A stretch of 64,000 bases of DNA, from assembly GCA_040081625.1 (NCBI GenBank), contig JBEBGD010000008.1:37607-101606 (forward strand), given 5' to 3'. Shown piece by piece: positions 1 to 10,546 of the stretch. Position 1 is the stretch's first letter, and every line of letters begins with the position of its first letter. The stretch is from Chthoniobacteraceae bacterium. GTDB lineage: Bacteria > Verrucomicrobiota > Verrucomicrobiia > Chthoniobacterales > Chthoniobacteraceae. The notes under the pieces are model-generated. The model had not been told where the DNA came from and ran no database searches. It worked only from the letters and a program-made list of their open reading frames with translations. A program made the position numbers and the translations under genes.

Positions 1-1
1 C

Positions 2-55
2 TTCCGCAAGGTGAAGCCCGCGGAGCACGTCGCGCAGGTGCTCGCGGTGCTCTGA
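2..55 (+). CDS. C-terminal fragment of a probable peroxiredoxin (BCP/PrxQ-like), truncated by the window edge
   Basis: Reads FRKVKPAEHVAQVLAVL*, resembling the C-terminal KVKPxxHxxxVL tail of BCP-type peroxiredoxins. Only 17 codons are visible. Confidence 0.4.
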   Translation, partial: FRKVKPAEHVAQVLAVL

Positions 56-60
56 GGCAG

Positions 61-915
61 CTACTGCGCGCCCGCTTTCACGCCGCTCATCGGGTAGGCC
101 GATACCGCGTCCCACGCGATCTGCTGGAGCAAACGGTTGAGCTCCTCCGCGTGCGGCGCGCCCTTGAACTGCTCGGGCAGCGGCAAGCCCACCGGGCTGC
201 GCTGGCAGATCGCGGCGAAGTGGCAATACGTGACCAGCGCCGCCAGCGGCGCCTGCGGGTGGCCGAGATCGTCGCGAAACAAATCGGTCTGCTTGCTCAA
301 GCCCGGCGCCTTGCCCTCCGCGAGCCGCGCGCGCAGCGCAAAGACCGCATCGCCCACGGGCACGATGAAAACGCTCTCGCGGCCGACCGACGCATTGAGC
401 GCGCGCACCTGCGCCTCGAGGCCGGAGAGCCACGAGGCACGGAAGCCGTCGCGCATCTCGCCGAGACTCTCGACCGTCGCCGCGTTGCGCTCTTCATTCC
501 TGAATGCGCGGCCCGTCACGCCATCGCGCGGCGGCCACGACGCCTGCACGAGCACGCGCAGTTTCGGGTTCTTCCCGAGGCCGAGCCGCGTGAAGTTCTC
601 GATGCCTTCGTCCGGCAACAGCAGGTGAGGCGAGAGCGTGAGCACATCCACCTTTCCCTCGCGCAGCGCCGCCTTCGCCAGGTTCTTTTCGTCCGGCAGA
701 TTCCAGTGCTGGATCACGCGCGACCCGCCGATCATCTGCTGCCCCGCGGCGACATAGCCGACGCCCGCCGACTGCGCGACCATCGGCAGCCCCTTCGCCG
801 TGAAGATCATGAAGCTGTGCGCGCAGACGAAGACGCGCGGGCTCGCCTGGTCGGCGTAAAGCGAGCCGCAGAGCGCGAGGATGAGTGAGGCGAGGACGGA
901 GCGGAGGTGGATCAT
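61..915 (-). CDS. Secreted hypothetical protein, possibly SGNH-hydrolase-like
   Basis: Real start taken as ATG at 915 (MIHLRSVLASLILALCGSLYA, signal-peptide-like) within the 802-aa shadow ORF. Has an N-terminal 'VFVCAHSF' and a late 'DDLGHP' motif. Confidence 0.6.
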   Translation of the reverse strand: MIHLRSVLASLILALCGSLYADQASPRVFVCAHSFMIFTAKGLPMVAQSAGVGYVAAGQQMIGGSRVIQHWNLPDEKNLAKAALREGKVDVLTLSPHLLLPDEGIENFTRLGLGKNPKLRVLVQASWPPRDGVTGRAFRNEERNAATVESLGEMRDGFRASWLSGLEAQVRALNASVGRESVFIVPVGDAVFALRARLAEGKAPGLSKQTDLFRDDLGHPQAPLAALVTYCHFAAICQRSPVGLPLPEQFKGAPHAEELNRLLQQIAWDAVSAYPMSGVKAGAQ

Positions 916-1098
916 GGCGAAGTGTGGGTGCGGGTCCGGGATGAACACCATCCGCGGCGGAAAGTCACCGCCAACTGCGGAATCGACTGCGCATTCAGGT
1001 CGGCGGATGCCCGGCATGGAGCCTGGCAGCCGGGAGCGGCGACGGAGCCGCGGCAGTGAACCCGCTGGCGCGCGGGCGATTTGACGGCACTGTCCGCC

Positions 1099-2640
1099 GT
1101 GCCTGAGATCGTCCTCGCCACGCTCAACGCGAAATACATCCACGCCGCCTTCGGGCTGCGTTACCTGCTGGCGAATCTCGGCGAACTGCGCGGGCGCGCG
1201 ACGATCGCGGAGTTCGACATCAACCAGCGGCCGATCGAGATCGTCGAGCGGTTGCTCGCGCACGAGCCGCGCATCATCGGGCTCGGCGTCTATATTTGGA
1301 ATGTCGTGCCGACGACCGAAGTCGTGGCGCTGATCAAGCGCGTGCGGCCCGATGTGCGCATCGTGCTCGGCGGGCCGGAGGTCAGCTACGAGTGCGACGA
1401 GCAGGAGATCGTGCGGCTCGCGGATCACACGATCACCGGCGAGGCGGATTTGAAATTCGCCGAGGTCTGCCGCGCGCTGCTGGAAAGCGGAGAGCGGAAT
1501 GCGGAGAGCGGAGAGATTGATGGCGTGCGCGTGGCTGATCTTTCCCGTTTCCGCTCTCCGCTCTCCGCTCTCCCCAAGATCATCCCCGCCGAACTGCCGC
1601 AGCCGGCGCAGCTCGCGCTGCCTTACGAGCTCTACACCGACGACGACATCGCGCATCGCGTGCTCTACGTCGAGGCGTCGCGCGGCTGCCCGTTCACCTG
1701 CGAGTTCTGCCTCTCGTCGCTCGACATCCCGGTGCGCGCGTTTGCGCTCGATGCCTTTCTCGCCGCGCTCGACGGGCTGCTCGCGCGCGGCGCGCGGCAG
1801 TTCAAGTTCGTCGATCGCACCTTCAACCTGCACCTGCCCACCGCCCGCGCGATCCTCGGCATTTTCCTCGAGCGCTGGCGCGACGGATTGTTCGTCCACT
1901 TCGAGATGGTGCCCGACCGGCTGCCGCCCGAGCTGCGCGAATTGATCGCGCAGTTCCCGCCCGGCGCGCTGCAATTCGAGGTCGGCATCCAGACCTTCGA
2001 CGACGCGACCTCGAAGAACATCAGCCGCCGGCAAAATCTCGCGCGGCTCGACGACAACCTCCGCTACCTGCGCGCGGAGACTGGCGTCCACGTCCACGCC
2101 GATCTCATCGTCGGCCTGCCGGGCGAAGACCTCGCGAGTTTCGGGCGCGGCTTCGACCGGCTCGTGGCGCTCGCGCCGCAGGAGATCCAGGTCGGCATCC
2201 TCAAGCGGTTGCGCGGCACGCCGATCGTGCGGCACGACGCGGAGTTCGCGATGATCTACTCGCCGGAGCCGCCCTACGAAATCCTCCAGACGCGCGACAT
2301 CGACTTCGCCGCGATGCAGCGGATGCGCCGGTTCGCGCGCTACTGGGATCTCGTGGCAAACAGCGGCCGCTTCGCGCGGGCGCTGCCGCTTTTGTGGAGG
2401 GACGCGTCGCCGTTCGAGCGGTTCCTGCGCTTCAGCGACTGGCTGCACGCGCGCCTGCGCCGCACGCACGAGATCGCGCTGAACACGCTCGCGGAGTCGC
2501 TCTCGGTTTTCCTCACCGACGAGTTGGGAATCGGCGAGGCCGATGCCGCGGCTGCGCTAGCGGGCACTCGCGAACGCAGCCCTGGCGAAAGCCGGCAGCG
2601 GCTGCGCCGCCAGGCGCGGCACACCGCAGGATCGGTCTGA
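1099..2640 (+). CDS. B12-binding domain radical SAM protein
   Basis: N-terminal [18 protein letters not shown]...YIWN...LGGPEV B12-binding-type region and the CxxxCxxC motif [16 protein letters not shown] start at 1099 (TTG at 1081 also possible). Confidence 0.9.
   Translation: MPEIVLATLNAKYIHAAFGLRYLLANLGELRGRATIAEFDINQRPIEIVERLLAHEPRIIGLGVYIWNVVPTTEVVALIKRVRPDVRIVLGGPEVSYECDEQEIVRLADHTITGEADLKFAEVCRALLESGERNAESGEIDGVRVADLSRFRSPLSALPKIIPAELPQPAQLALPYELYTDDDIAHRVLYVEASRGCPFTCEFCLSSLDIPVRAFALDAFLAALDGLLARGARQFKFVDRTFNLHLPTARAILGIFLERWRDGLFVHFEMVPDRLPPELRELIAQFPPGALQFEVGIQTFDDATSKNISRRQNLARLDDNLRYLRAETGVHVHADLIVGLPGEDLASFGRGFDRLVALAPQEIQVGILKRLRGTPIVRHDAEFAMIYSPEPPYEILQTRDIDFAAMQRMRRFARYWDLVANSGRFARALPLLWRDASPFERFLRFSDWLHARLRRTHEIALNTLAESLSVFLTDELGIGEADAAAALAGTRERSPGESRQRLRRQARHTAGSV
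1482..1575. repeat. Palindromic heptamer-repeat element inside the radical SAM CDS
   Basis: Left arm GCGGAGA-GCGGAAT-GCGGAGA-GCGGAGA (1487-1514); right arm TTTCCGC-TCTCCGC-TCTCCGC-TCTCCCC (1548-1575), which is its approximate reverse complement. Confidence 0.8.
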
Positions 2641-2742
2641 ACAGGCGTCCGACCCGCGGCGCGAGTCTCGCACGGTGGACGCGCAGTTTGGACTTCCATC
2701 CCGTCATGGGCGGCGAATAGCGTGTCGCGCGGAGAGTAACCC

Positions 2743-5217
2743 ATGAACACACCCGATCATGCCACGTCCGCCGCGCCGACTCTTGCCGAACGCGTCTATC
2801 CCGACGCATTGGCGCACGCCGAGTCGGAGCTGTTGAAGCGACGCAGGGAGAAAGCCGGAGTCGTGGCGTCGGAAAAAGCATCACCGCGCGAGGCGATGAA
2901 CGACGCAACCGGGCTCGCGTTCTCGGGCGGCGGGATTCGCAGTGCGACGTTCTGTCTGGGCGTGGCGCAAGTGCTCGCGCGGCGCGGCTTGCTCGGAAAG
3001 TTCGATGTGCTCTCGACCGTCTCGGGCGGCGGCTATTGCGGCAGCTTCATCGGGAAGCTTTTCCAGCAACGCGGCGATCCTGTCGCCGCGAGCGGGGAGA
3101 TCGCGAACAACCAATCGTGGCCGGTGCGATGGCTGCGCGAGAGCGGCTACTATCTCGCGCCCGGCGGCAGTGCGGACTCGTGGGTGATCCTCTCGCTGCT
3201 CCTGCGCAATTGGTTGGCGATCCACGTGGTGCTCGCGTCATATCTTCTCCTGCCTTTCCTTTTCGCCGCAGCCGCGCGGCGCGGGCTGTGGAACTGCCCG
3301 GCGTGGGTCGAGTGCGAGAAATGGTTTGTCCCCGGACTCGATCCGGGGGTGTTCGCGGTCAGTCCGTGGTTCGTGCTCCTCGCGGCCATTGGCGCGCTCA
3401 TGATGTTCTTGCCGGGCGCGCTCTTCTGGCTCACGCAATGGCGCGCGCTGTTCGGGGACGTGGACGCTCAGGAGAAGGCGCAGTCGGGATTCACGCGATG
3501 GCTGGCCTTTGGCGCGAAGCTCGCCGCGGGCGTGCTGCTCGTGGCGGTGATGGATACCGCGGCGAGTTGGATCCACCACGCCTTCGAAAAGTCGCCGGGG
3601 GTCATGGGCGGCTTCGCTGCGGTCTATGCGGCGGCGGCGGCTGGGTTCGGATGGGTGCAGAAAGCCGCCGGCAAACTCTCCGCGCTCGCGGCAAAGCCGC
3701 AGAAGAACCCGTCGATGTGGACCATCGCAAAGATCGCCGGCTTTGCGTGGGCGGCGTTGTTCTGGCTGCTGCTCGCGGTGGCCGGGCAGGCGGTCTTGTG
3801 GAGTGGGGGGGCGGAAATGAGCGACCTGGCCGGGCTGGGCAAACAGTGGTCGTGCATCGCCGCGCTCGCGTTCGGTGCGCTGATCGGCGTGTGGCTGCTG
3901 GCCAAGGTGTATCCCTTCGTGAACCTCTCCTCGCTTCACCATTTCTATAGCGCGCGGCTCGGGCGCGCCTACCTCGGCGCATCCAATGACGAGCGCAAAA
4001 GCGAGCGGCTGCCGGTGACCGAACCGCACCGAAGCGACGATTGCGAATGGCGCGCCTATCGCCCGCACGAGCACGGCGGCCCGCTGCACATCATCAACAC
4101 GACGCTCAACGAAACCGTCTCCGGAAAATCGCAGATCGAGCAGATCGACCGAAAGGGGCTCAACTTCGCGCTCGGGCCGGCCGGGCTGAGCGCCAGCGGC
4201 GGACATCACGCGCTATGGGTGTCGGACCCCGCGACGCCAGCTGGATCGGATAAGATCGCCGGGATCGCGCTGCCGGTCTCGAACGGGAAGCCGCCTTTCG
4301 CTGTTTTCCCCGCCGAAACCAAAAACGTCGAAAAGCTCTGGCTCAGCGATTGGGTCGGCATCAGCGGCGCGGCCTTTTCGACCGGCATGGGCGCGAATAC
4401 CAGCGTGGGCCTGAGCCTGCTGCTGGGTTTTGCGAATGTGCGACTGGGCTATTGGTGGGACAGCGGCATCGAGCATCCGTCGGACGCGAACGGCAATTCG
4501 CGCAAGCTCGCCGAGCTTCTCGCGCGCCTGTTTCCCGCGCCGGGCAGCCTGCTCGATGAATTGCTGGCGCGCTTCCACGGTCCGCAGCGCCGGCGCTGGT
4601 ATCTCTCCGACGGCGGGCATTTTGAAAACACGGCGTGCTACGAGCTGATCCGCCGGCGCGTCCGCTTCATCCTTTGCATCGACTGTGGGCAGGACGAAGC
4701 GATGACCTTCGAGGACATGGCCAATCTCGTCCGCAAGGCGCGGATCGACTTCGGCGCGGAAATCGAATTCGTGCCGGAGGGCGAAGTGGCCGCCGCGCTG
4801 GCGCCGCCGCACGTGCCGGCGGAATTCGCGACGCTCAACAAGGAATGGATCGGCCTTCCGGACGGCTTCGAATCGCTCGCCGCGAAGGATGGCGCCGCGG
4901 TGAAAACGTCCGGCAAATGCCACGCGCTGCTTGCACGGGTCTTCTACGATCGGAAGCCAGGTGAGCCGCGTGGGCTGAGCGAACCGGGCACCGTGATCGT
5001 CTTCATCAAGCCGACACTGACCGGCGACGAGCCGCTCGACATCCGCCAATACCACAGCGCGCAGCCGTCATTCCCGCAGCAGACGACGATGGATCAGTTT
5101 TTCGACGAATCGCAGTGGGAAAGCTACCGGCGGCTCGGCGAACACATCGCCGAATCGCTGATCCCGGTGCCAGCCGCGCCGAGCGCCCCGGCCGGCGCGA
5201 CTGGAGCCGATTCGTAG
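2743..5217 (+). CDS. Membrane patatin/cPLA2-like phospholipase
   Basis: GLAFSGGGIRSATF oxyanion motif, STVSGG nucleophile, DGGHFEN catalytic Asp, and multiple hydrophobic TM segments in the middle. Confidence 0.85.
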   Translation: MNTPDHATSAAPTLAERVYPDALAHAESELLKRRREKAGVVASEKASPREAMNDATGLAFSGGGIRSATFCLGVAQVLARRGLLGKFDVLSTVSGGGYCGSFIGKLFQQRGDPVAASGEIANNQSWPVRWLRESGYYLAPGGSADSWVILSLLLRNWLAIHVVLASYLLLPFLFAAAARRGLWNCPAWVECEKWFVPGLDPGVFAVSPWFVLLAAIGALMMFLPGALFWLTQWRALFGDVDAQEKAQSGFTRWLAFGAKLAAGVLLVAVMDTAASWIHHAFEKSPGVMGGFAAVYAAAAAGFGWVQKAAGKLSALAAKPQKNPSMWTIAKIAGFAWAALFWLLLAVAGQAVLWSGGAEMSDLAGLGKQWSCIAALAFGALIGVWLLAKVYPFVNLSSLHHFYSARLGRAYLGASNDERKSERLPVTEPHRSDDCEWRAYRPHEHGGPLHIINTTLNETVSGKSQIEQIDRKGLNFALGPAGLSASGGHHALWVSDPATPAGSDKIAGIALPVSNGKPPFAVFPAETKNVEKLWLSDWVGISGAAFSTGMGANTSVGLSLLLGFANVRLGYWWDSGIEHPSDANGNSRKLAELLARLFPAPGSLLDELLARFHGPQRRRWYLSDGGHFENTACYELIRRRVRFILCIDCGQDEAMTFEDMANLVRKARIDFGAEIEFVPEGEVAAALAPPHVPAEFATLNKEWIGLPDGFESLAAKDGAAVKTSGKCHALLARVFYDRKPGEPRGLSEPGTVIVFIKPTLTGDEPLDIRQYHSAQPSFPQQTTMDQFFDESQWESYRRLGEHIAESLIPVPAAPSAPAGATGADS

Positions 5218-5268
5218 GATCTCGGTAGTTTCCCTGGCGCGTTCCCAGCAGTCGCCCACCCGCCGGGG

Positions 5269-5284
5269 TGGCACGGCATGGGCT
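5269..5284 (+). promoter_or_regulatory. Putative sigma-54 (-24/-12) promoter
   Basis: TGGCACGGCATGGGCT has GG-N10-GC spacing and a TGGCACG -24 box. The -12 box deviates (GGGCT vs TTGCW). Confidence 0.35.
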
Positions 5285-5299
5285 AAATGATCCGCCGTC

Positions 5300-5413
5300 A
5301 TGAATACCAACCCCTGCACATCCGCCCTTCAATTCGATGCCGCCCGCGTGGCGCTTTTCCTGAACGTCTTCGTTCGCGTCCCGAAACGCGCCCGCGCCCG
5401 TCGCCGGCCGTAA
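5300..5413 (+). CDS. Putative small protein (37 aa)
   Basis: ATG...TAA ORF MNTNPCTSALQFDAARVALFLNVFVRVPKRARARRRP, just downstream of the sigma-54-like motif in an otherwise empty intergenic region. Confidence 0.3.
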   Translation: MNTNPCTSALQFDAARVALFLNVFVRVPKRARARRRP

Positions 5414-5503
5414 GCCTCGCCCAATCAGCCCGAAAGGCTCGTCTTCGCCAGGGACGGCGACGACGTTGCTCGCGGGTTCGGAACGAGTGACGGCGCTTCG
5501 TGC

Positions 5504-7588
5504 CTATCGGGCGAGACTCTTTTCAGCCAGCTTGCGGGCGCGATTCCAATACATCGTCTCGTGGCGCGGGCGGGTGATGTTTCCGTGCCGGTCGCGTTCA
5601 TCCTTGATCGGCACATCGCCGCCGTGCCATTCGCGGAGCAGGAGCAAATTGTAGTATAGGCGCTGCATTGCCTCGGCTGGCGTGTCTTTCGTGGCGCCCT
5701 TCTGGCGAAGAGTTGCGCGCTCCTTGCCCTCGCTTTCACGCCACGTGTGGAGGCCGAAGACGCTCCAAACGCTGCGCGCGCCGTCGAAATAGTCGTTTGG
5801 CGCCTTCCCAAAGTAGAGGCTGCCGTCTGGCGGGTTCTCGGTCTGGAGTCCCCGTGGCGGCGGCTTCGCGCCCTCGATCTCATCGAGAGTCACGTCCAAG
5901 GCGCTGCTGGCTCGGAGAAGGCCGGCGCCGAGGTATTTGTCGGCTTTCTGCTTGTCGCCGCGGGAGGCGCTCTTGAGCAGCGCGTGATAGACGGCCTCGG
6001 CCTTGCGCCAGTTGGACCAGTATCCCTTCGCTTCGAGTTCGGCGCGGTTCTTTTGCAGCCACAGCGCGGCGGCGGCGGCGACTTGCGGTGTGGCGGCGGA
6101 AGTGCCTGCGCCATCGAGATCGACCCCGTCGGCGACGCGCTTGCCTTTCACGTCGCGGACGCTGATCCACGGGATGTTTGGCGCATACGCCGCGATGGGG
6201 TGCGGCCGGAGCTGGCCGAGGCGCTTGAGCTGGCTCGGGTCGGGTTTGCGATTGGGCCGGAGAAGGACCGTGCTGGTGCCGTCGGCGCCGTGGCTGCCGC
6301 GAGCGGCCCATTTGGCGATGCCGGTGATGTCGCCCAGCAGCCGCCACAGGCTGTTGCTCGCGTAGCTGCGTTGGTCGGCGGTGACGCCGGTGACTCCGAC
6401 GACGCGGCGGAACGCAGCGGGATAGACCGGGCTGGCCGGGACGATGATTCCGTGAGGTGCGAAGGGGTCGCAGATGAGCGAGAAGAAATCGCCTTCCGCC
6501 GCGAACATCGCGGTGCCGCGTTCGTAGGCGGCATTCACCGCATCGACCCAGGCCTGCGTCGGCGCACCACCGTGACTCATGGAGATGATGTCGCATTTCC
6601 GCCGCCGGCTCGCGTAGTCGATGGAATAGGCGAGCTCCGCGGTGCTGAGGGAGATGACCCAAGGCGCGACCTTCACCGGCACGACGGTGGCGTGCGGCGC
6701 GCCGCCGAGCCAGCCGTAATACTCTTTGATGCGGCCGCCTGGCACAGTCTTCTCGTCGATCGCCACCCAACTCCCGGCGAGGATGCCTGCCGTGCCGAGG
6801 CCGTGCGAACTGCCGGTCAGCTCGGGCGGAATGGGGTTCGGTGGGTTCTCACCGCGGCTTTGCCTTTGGGCGAAGTCGAGCAAGCCCACCGCATTGGCCA
6901 GCCGCCGGCCGCCTTCGAGGTTCATCGGGCTGGCGGGATGCCGGGCGTCGAGGCCATTGTCGAGGTGGCCGATGCGGATGCCTTCGCCAGCCTTGCCCAG
7001 CCGCTCCCGCGCTTTCGCGAGTTGCGAATGGTCTTCATCGAGATGCCACATCGGATCGATGATGAATTTGCCGGGATGCCGCGGGTCGGGCTTGCGGGCG
7101 TCGGACCACACTTTCAGCGTCGGTTTGTCGATCACCAACCGCACACCCTCTCCGAATTCTGACTTCACCCGCTCGCCGCGCGCAGGCTCGGGCGGTTGTT
7201 TGGCAGCGACCTGGCTGAAGCTGCGGTTTGGCTCGATGAGCAGCGGGTAACGCCCGAAGGCGCCTTTCGTAGCCGCGGCGATCTCGGCCGCGCGGGAGAA
7301 GATCGTCCGCCAATACGCGCCGAGGCGGCTGGTCACAATCGGCTTCTGGTCATTCCACGCGACATACCACTGGCCGCGGCGCTCCTCGTCCTTCGGCGCT
7401 TCGAGCACGTGGAGGAACTTCCAGCCGTCGCTGCTGCCGGCGGTGATCGGGGTGTCGATCGGCACCTTGACGAGCACTGTTTTTTTCAGGCTCAGGGATT
7501 CGCCGATGCCCGCGCAGCCGCAGAGCAGCAGCGTCCAGAGCGCGAGCGTCACCGAACTGGTGCGAGTGAGGAATGCGAGTCGCTTCAT
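5504..7588 (-). CDS. S8 (subtilisin-family) serine peptidase, probable lipoprotein
   Basis: Catalytic triad motifs IGHLDNG (D), SSHGLGTAGILAG (H) and GAGTSAATPQVAAAAAL (S). N-terminus MKRLAFL...LLLCGC is lipobox-like; ATG at 7588. Confidence 0.85.
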   Translation of the reverse strand: MKRLAFLTRTSSVTLALWTLLLCGCAGIGESLSLKKTVLVKVPIDTPITAGSSDGWKFLHVLEAPKDEERRGQWYVAWNDQKPIVTSRLGAYWRTIFSRAAEIAAATKGAFGRYPLLIEPNRSFSQVAAKQPPEPARGERVKSEFGEGVRLVIDKPTLKVWSDARKPDPRHPGKFIIDPMWHLDEDHSQLAKARERLGKAGEGIRIGHLDNGLDARHPASPMNLEGGRRLANAVGLLDFAQRQSRGENPPNPIPPELTGSSHGLGTAGILAGSWVAIDEKTVPGGRIKEYYGWLGGAPHATVVPVKVAPWVISLSTAELAYSIDYASRRRKCDIISMSHGGAPTQAWVDAVNAAYERGTAMFAAEGDFFSLICDPFAPHGIIVPASPVYPAAFRRVVGVTGVTADQRSYASNSLWRLLGDITGIAKWAARGSHGADGTSTVLLRPNRKPDPSQLKRLGQLRPHPIAAYAPNIPWISVRDVKGKRVADGVDLDGAGTSAATPQVAAAAALWLQKNRAELEAKGYWSNWRKAEAVYHALLKSASRGDKQKADKYLGAGLLRASSALDVTLDEIEGAKPPPRGLQTENPPDGSLYFGKAPNDYFDGARSVWSVFGLHTWRESEGKERATLRQKGATKDTPAEAMQRLYYNLLLLREWHGGDVPIKDERDRHGNITRPRHETMYWNRARKLAEKSLAR

Positions 7589-7664
7589 GCCGTCGCGTGT
7601 AGCGGCACACACCGCCGCCCGACAATCCATTTTTGGCGGGTTCCCCTCGCGGATCGGCGTCCTG

Positions 7665-10238
7665 TCAGGCGAACACGATCTTCCCGTCGCGGGCGTCGGC
7701 GGTGATCGTCTGGCCCTCGCGCAGTTTGCCGTCGAGGATGTCGAGGGCGAGGGGATCGAGCAGTTCGCGCTGGATCACCCGCTTGAGCGGGCGCGCGCCA
7801 TAGACGGGATCGTAGCCTTCGCGGGCGAGGTGGACTTTCGCCGCGTCGGTGAGGACGAGCGCGAGCTTCTGGTCGGCGAGACGACTCGTGAGCCGCGCGA
7901 GCTGGATCTCGACGATGTGCGTGAGGTCGGCGTCGGTCAGGCGGTCGAAAGTGACGATTTCATCGACGCGATTGAGGAACTCGGGGCGGAAGTGGCCGCG
8001 CAGCGCTTCCATCGCGCGGGCTTCGCGCTGCTCGGCGTTTTCGGCATCGAGGATCGCGGCGCTCCCGATGTTGCTCGTCATGATGATGACGGTGTTTTTG
8101 AAATCGACCGTGCGGCCCTGGCCGTCGGTGATGCGGCCGTCGTCGAGCACCTGCAGCAGCACGTTGAAGGTGTCGTGGTGCGCCTTCTCGATCTCGTCGA
8201 AAAGGATGACGGCATACGGCCGGCGGCGCACGGCTTCGGTGAGCTGGCCGCCTTCCTCGAAGCCGACGTAGCCCGGAGGCGCGCCGATCAGTCGCGCGAC
8301 GCTGTGCTTCTCCATGTATTCGCTCATGTCGATGCGGACCATTGCGTTCTCGTCGTCGAAGAGGAACTCGGCGAGCGCGCGGGAGAGTTCTGTTTTTCCG
8401 ACGCCGGTCGGGCCTAGGAAAATGAAGCTGCCGATCGGGCGCTGCGGATCGCCGAGGCCCGAGCGTGCGCGGCGCACGGCGTTGCTCACGGCGGTGATCG
8501 CTTTCTTCTGCCCGATCACTCGCTTCGCGAGGCGCTGCTCCATCTTCACGAGCTTCTCGCGCTCGCCTTCGCGGAGATTGGAAACGGGGATGCCCGTCCA
8601 CGCGCTGACGACTGCGGCGATGTCGTCCTCAGTGACTTCCTCCTTGAGCATCGCGCGGCCGTCCTGTGCCTTTTCGGCGAGCTTCGCATTGTGCGCGTCG
8701 ATCTGTTTCTGCACGGCGGGGATGTTGCCGTATTGGATTTCGCTGGCCGTGCTGAGGTCGCCGCGGCGCTGCGCGCGCTCGAGGTCGATCTTCAATTGCT
8801 CGAGCTGCTCGTTGAGCTTGCGCTGCACGTCGATCACGGCCTTCTCGCCCTGCCACTGCGCCTTCATCGCGGCGCTCTTTTCGCGCAGCGCGGCGAGGTC
8901 CTTCTCGATGCGGGTGAGGCGTTCCTTCGACGCGGCGTCCTTCTCCTTTTTCAAGGCCTGGCGCTCCATTTCGAGCTGCATGACCTCGCGCTCGACGACG
9001 TCGATCTCGGTCGGCATCGACTCGATCTCGATCTTCAAGCGGCTCGCCGCTTCATCGACGAGATCGACGGCTTTGTCGGGCAGGAACCGGTCGGCGATGT
9101 AGCGGTGCGAAAGCGTCGCGGCGGCGACGAGCGCTGCGTCCTGGATGCGCACACCGTGGTGGACCTCGTAGCGTTCCTTCAGCCCGCGGAGGATCGCGAT
9201 GGTGTCGGGCACGCTCGGCTCCTCGACGAAGACGGGCTGGAAGCGCCGCTCGAGCGCGGGATCTTTCTCGATGTGCTTGCGATACTCGTCGAGCGTGGTC
9301 GCGCCGACGGTGCGCAGTTCGCCGCGCGCGAGCGCGGGCTTGAGGATGTTGCCCGCGTCCATCGAGCCCTCGGCCTTGCCCGCGCCGACGATGGTGTGCA
9401 GTTCGTCGATGAAAAGGATGATGCCGCCCTCGGCGTCGGTGACTTCCTTCACGAAGGCCTTGAGCCGGTCCTCGAACTCGCCGCGGAACTTCGCGCCGGC
9501 GATCATCGCGCCGAGATCCATCGCAATGAGCCGCTTATCTTTCAGCGAATCGGGCACGTCGCCCGCGATGATGCGGCGCGCGAGGCCCTCGACGATCGCC
9601 GTCTTGCCCACGCCGGGTTCGCCGATGAGCACGGGATTGTTTTTCGTCCGGCGCGAGAGCACCTGCATCACGCGGCGGATTTCGTTGTCGCGTCCGATGA
9701 CGGGATCGATTTTTCCCTTCCGCGCGAGCGCGGTGAGATCGCGCCCGTATTTTTCGAGCGTCTGGTATTTGTCCTCGGGATTCTGGTCGGTCACGCGCTG
9801 CGACCCTCGCACCTGCTGGAGCGCCTGCATGAGCTTTGCGCGGGCGATGCCGGTTTCCTTGAGCAGCTTGCCGCAGCCGACGCCGCTGTCGCTGAGCGCG
9901 AGCAAGTAGTGCTCGGCGGAGAGGTATTCATCCTTGAGCCCGGCCATCTCCTTCTCGGCTGCGCGCAGGATCGCGAGCAGCTCGGCGGAGGCGTTCGGCT
10001 GCGCAGCTCCGCCGTGGACCTGCGCGCGGTTGCTGATTGCTGCTGCGAGTTTTCCGCGCAGTGCGCCGACGTTTGCACCGACTTTTTCAAAGAGCGGCGC
10101 GGCGAGTCCGTCGGGCTGGTCGAGCAGCGCGAGCAGGACGTGTTCGTTGTCGAGTTCGGAATGGCTGCGGTCGGCTGCTGCGGACTGGGCGGTCTGCAGC
10201 GCTTCCTGCATTTTCTGGGTGAGACGGTCGAGGCGCAT
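7665..10238 (-). CDS. clpB: ATP-dependent chaperone ClpB
   Basis: Two AAA+ modules ([16 protein letters not shown]), a coiled-coil M domain, [24 protein letters not shown] and GARPLKR; 857 aa. Confidence 0.97.
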   Translation of the reverse strand: MRLDRLTQKMQEALQTAQSAAADRSHSELDNEHVLLALLDQPDGLAAPLFEKVGANVGALRGKLAAAISNRAQVHGGAAQPNASAELLAILRAAEKEMAGLKDEYLSAEHYLLALSDSGVGCGKLLKETGIARAKLMQALQQVRGSQRVTDQNPEDKYQTLEKYGRDLTALARKGKIDPVIGRDNEIRRVMQVLSRRTKNNPVLIGEPGVGKTAIVEGLARRIIAGDVPDSLKDKRLIAMDLGAMIAGAKFRGEFEDRLKAFVKEVTDAEGGIILFIDELHTIVGAGKAEGSMDAGNILKPALARGELRTVGATTLDEYRKHIEKDPALERRFQPVFVEEPSVPDTIAILRGLKERYEVHHGVRIQDAALVAAATLSHRYIADRFLPDKAVDLVDEAASRLKIEIESMPTEIDVVEREVMQLEMERQALKKEKDAASKERLTRIEKDLAALREKSAAMKAQWQGEKAVIDVQRKLNEQLEQLKIDLERAQRRGDLSTASEIQYGNIPAVQKQIDAHNAKLAEKAQDGRAMLKEEVTEDDIAAVVSAWTGIPVSNLREGEREKLVKMEQRLAKRVIGQKKAITAVSNAVRRARSGLGDPQRPIGSFIFLGPTGVGKTELSRALAEFLFDDENAMVRIDMSEYMEKHSVARLIGAPPGYVGFEEGGQLTEAVRRRPYAVILFDEIEKAHHDTFNVLLQVLDDGRITDGQGRTVDFKNTVIIMTSNIGSAAILDAENAEQREARAMEALRGHFRPEFLNRVDEIVTFDRLTDADLTHIVEIQLARLTSRLADQKLALVLTDAAKVHLAREGYDPVYGARPLKRVIQRELLDPLALDILDGKLREGQTITADARDGKIVFA

Positions 10239-10546
10239 GGTGAAGCGGATCGTTAGCAGGTCCTTGTCCGGGTCGTGTTACACTGACAAGTCCGAACGCA
10301 GCGGGCCATGCTGGCGCGCCTGCCCGTTCCAGCGCGAGGCCGCGTGTCGCATCGCCGGCGCTCCGCGAGCGTGGCGGACGGGTTCCCTCGCCAGTCGCAG
10401 CCGCCGCTTGACTAGGACGATCAAGACTGGTCCATCAAGCGACCGCCAAACCGAGCGCCTCCCTCGAATCCTCCCGTGAACCTTTTCCTCATTGTCAAAA
10501 CCGGATCGCAGTGCGGGCATGTCATCCGGGATTCGACGCCGATCCG

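Noticed and set aside
916..2469. N-terminal ~517 aa of the 802-aa minus-strand ORF (61..2469)
   Set aside because: It is the antisense shadow of the radical SAM gene; only the part from ATG 915 looks like a real protein.
10239..10546. Search for a CIRCE/HrcA operator upstream of clpB
   Set aside because: No TTAGCACTC-N9-GAGTGCTAA; only a weak CTTGTC-N16-GACAAG inverted repeat, too short to call.
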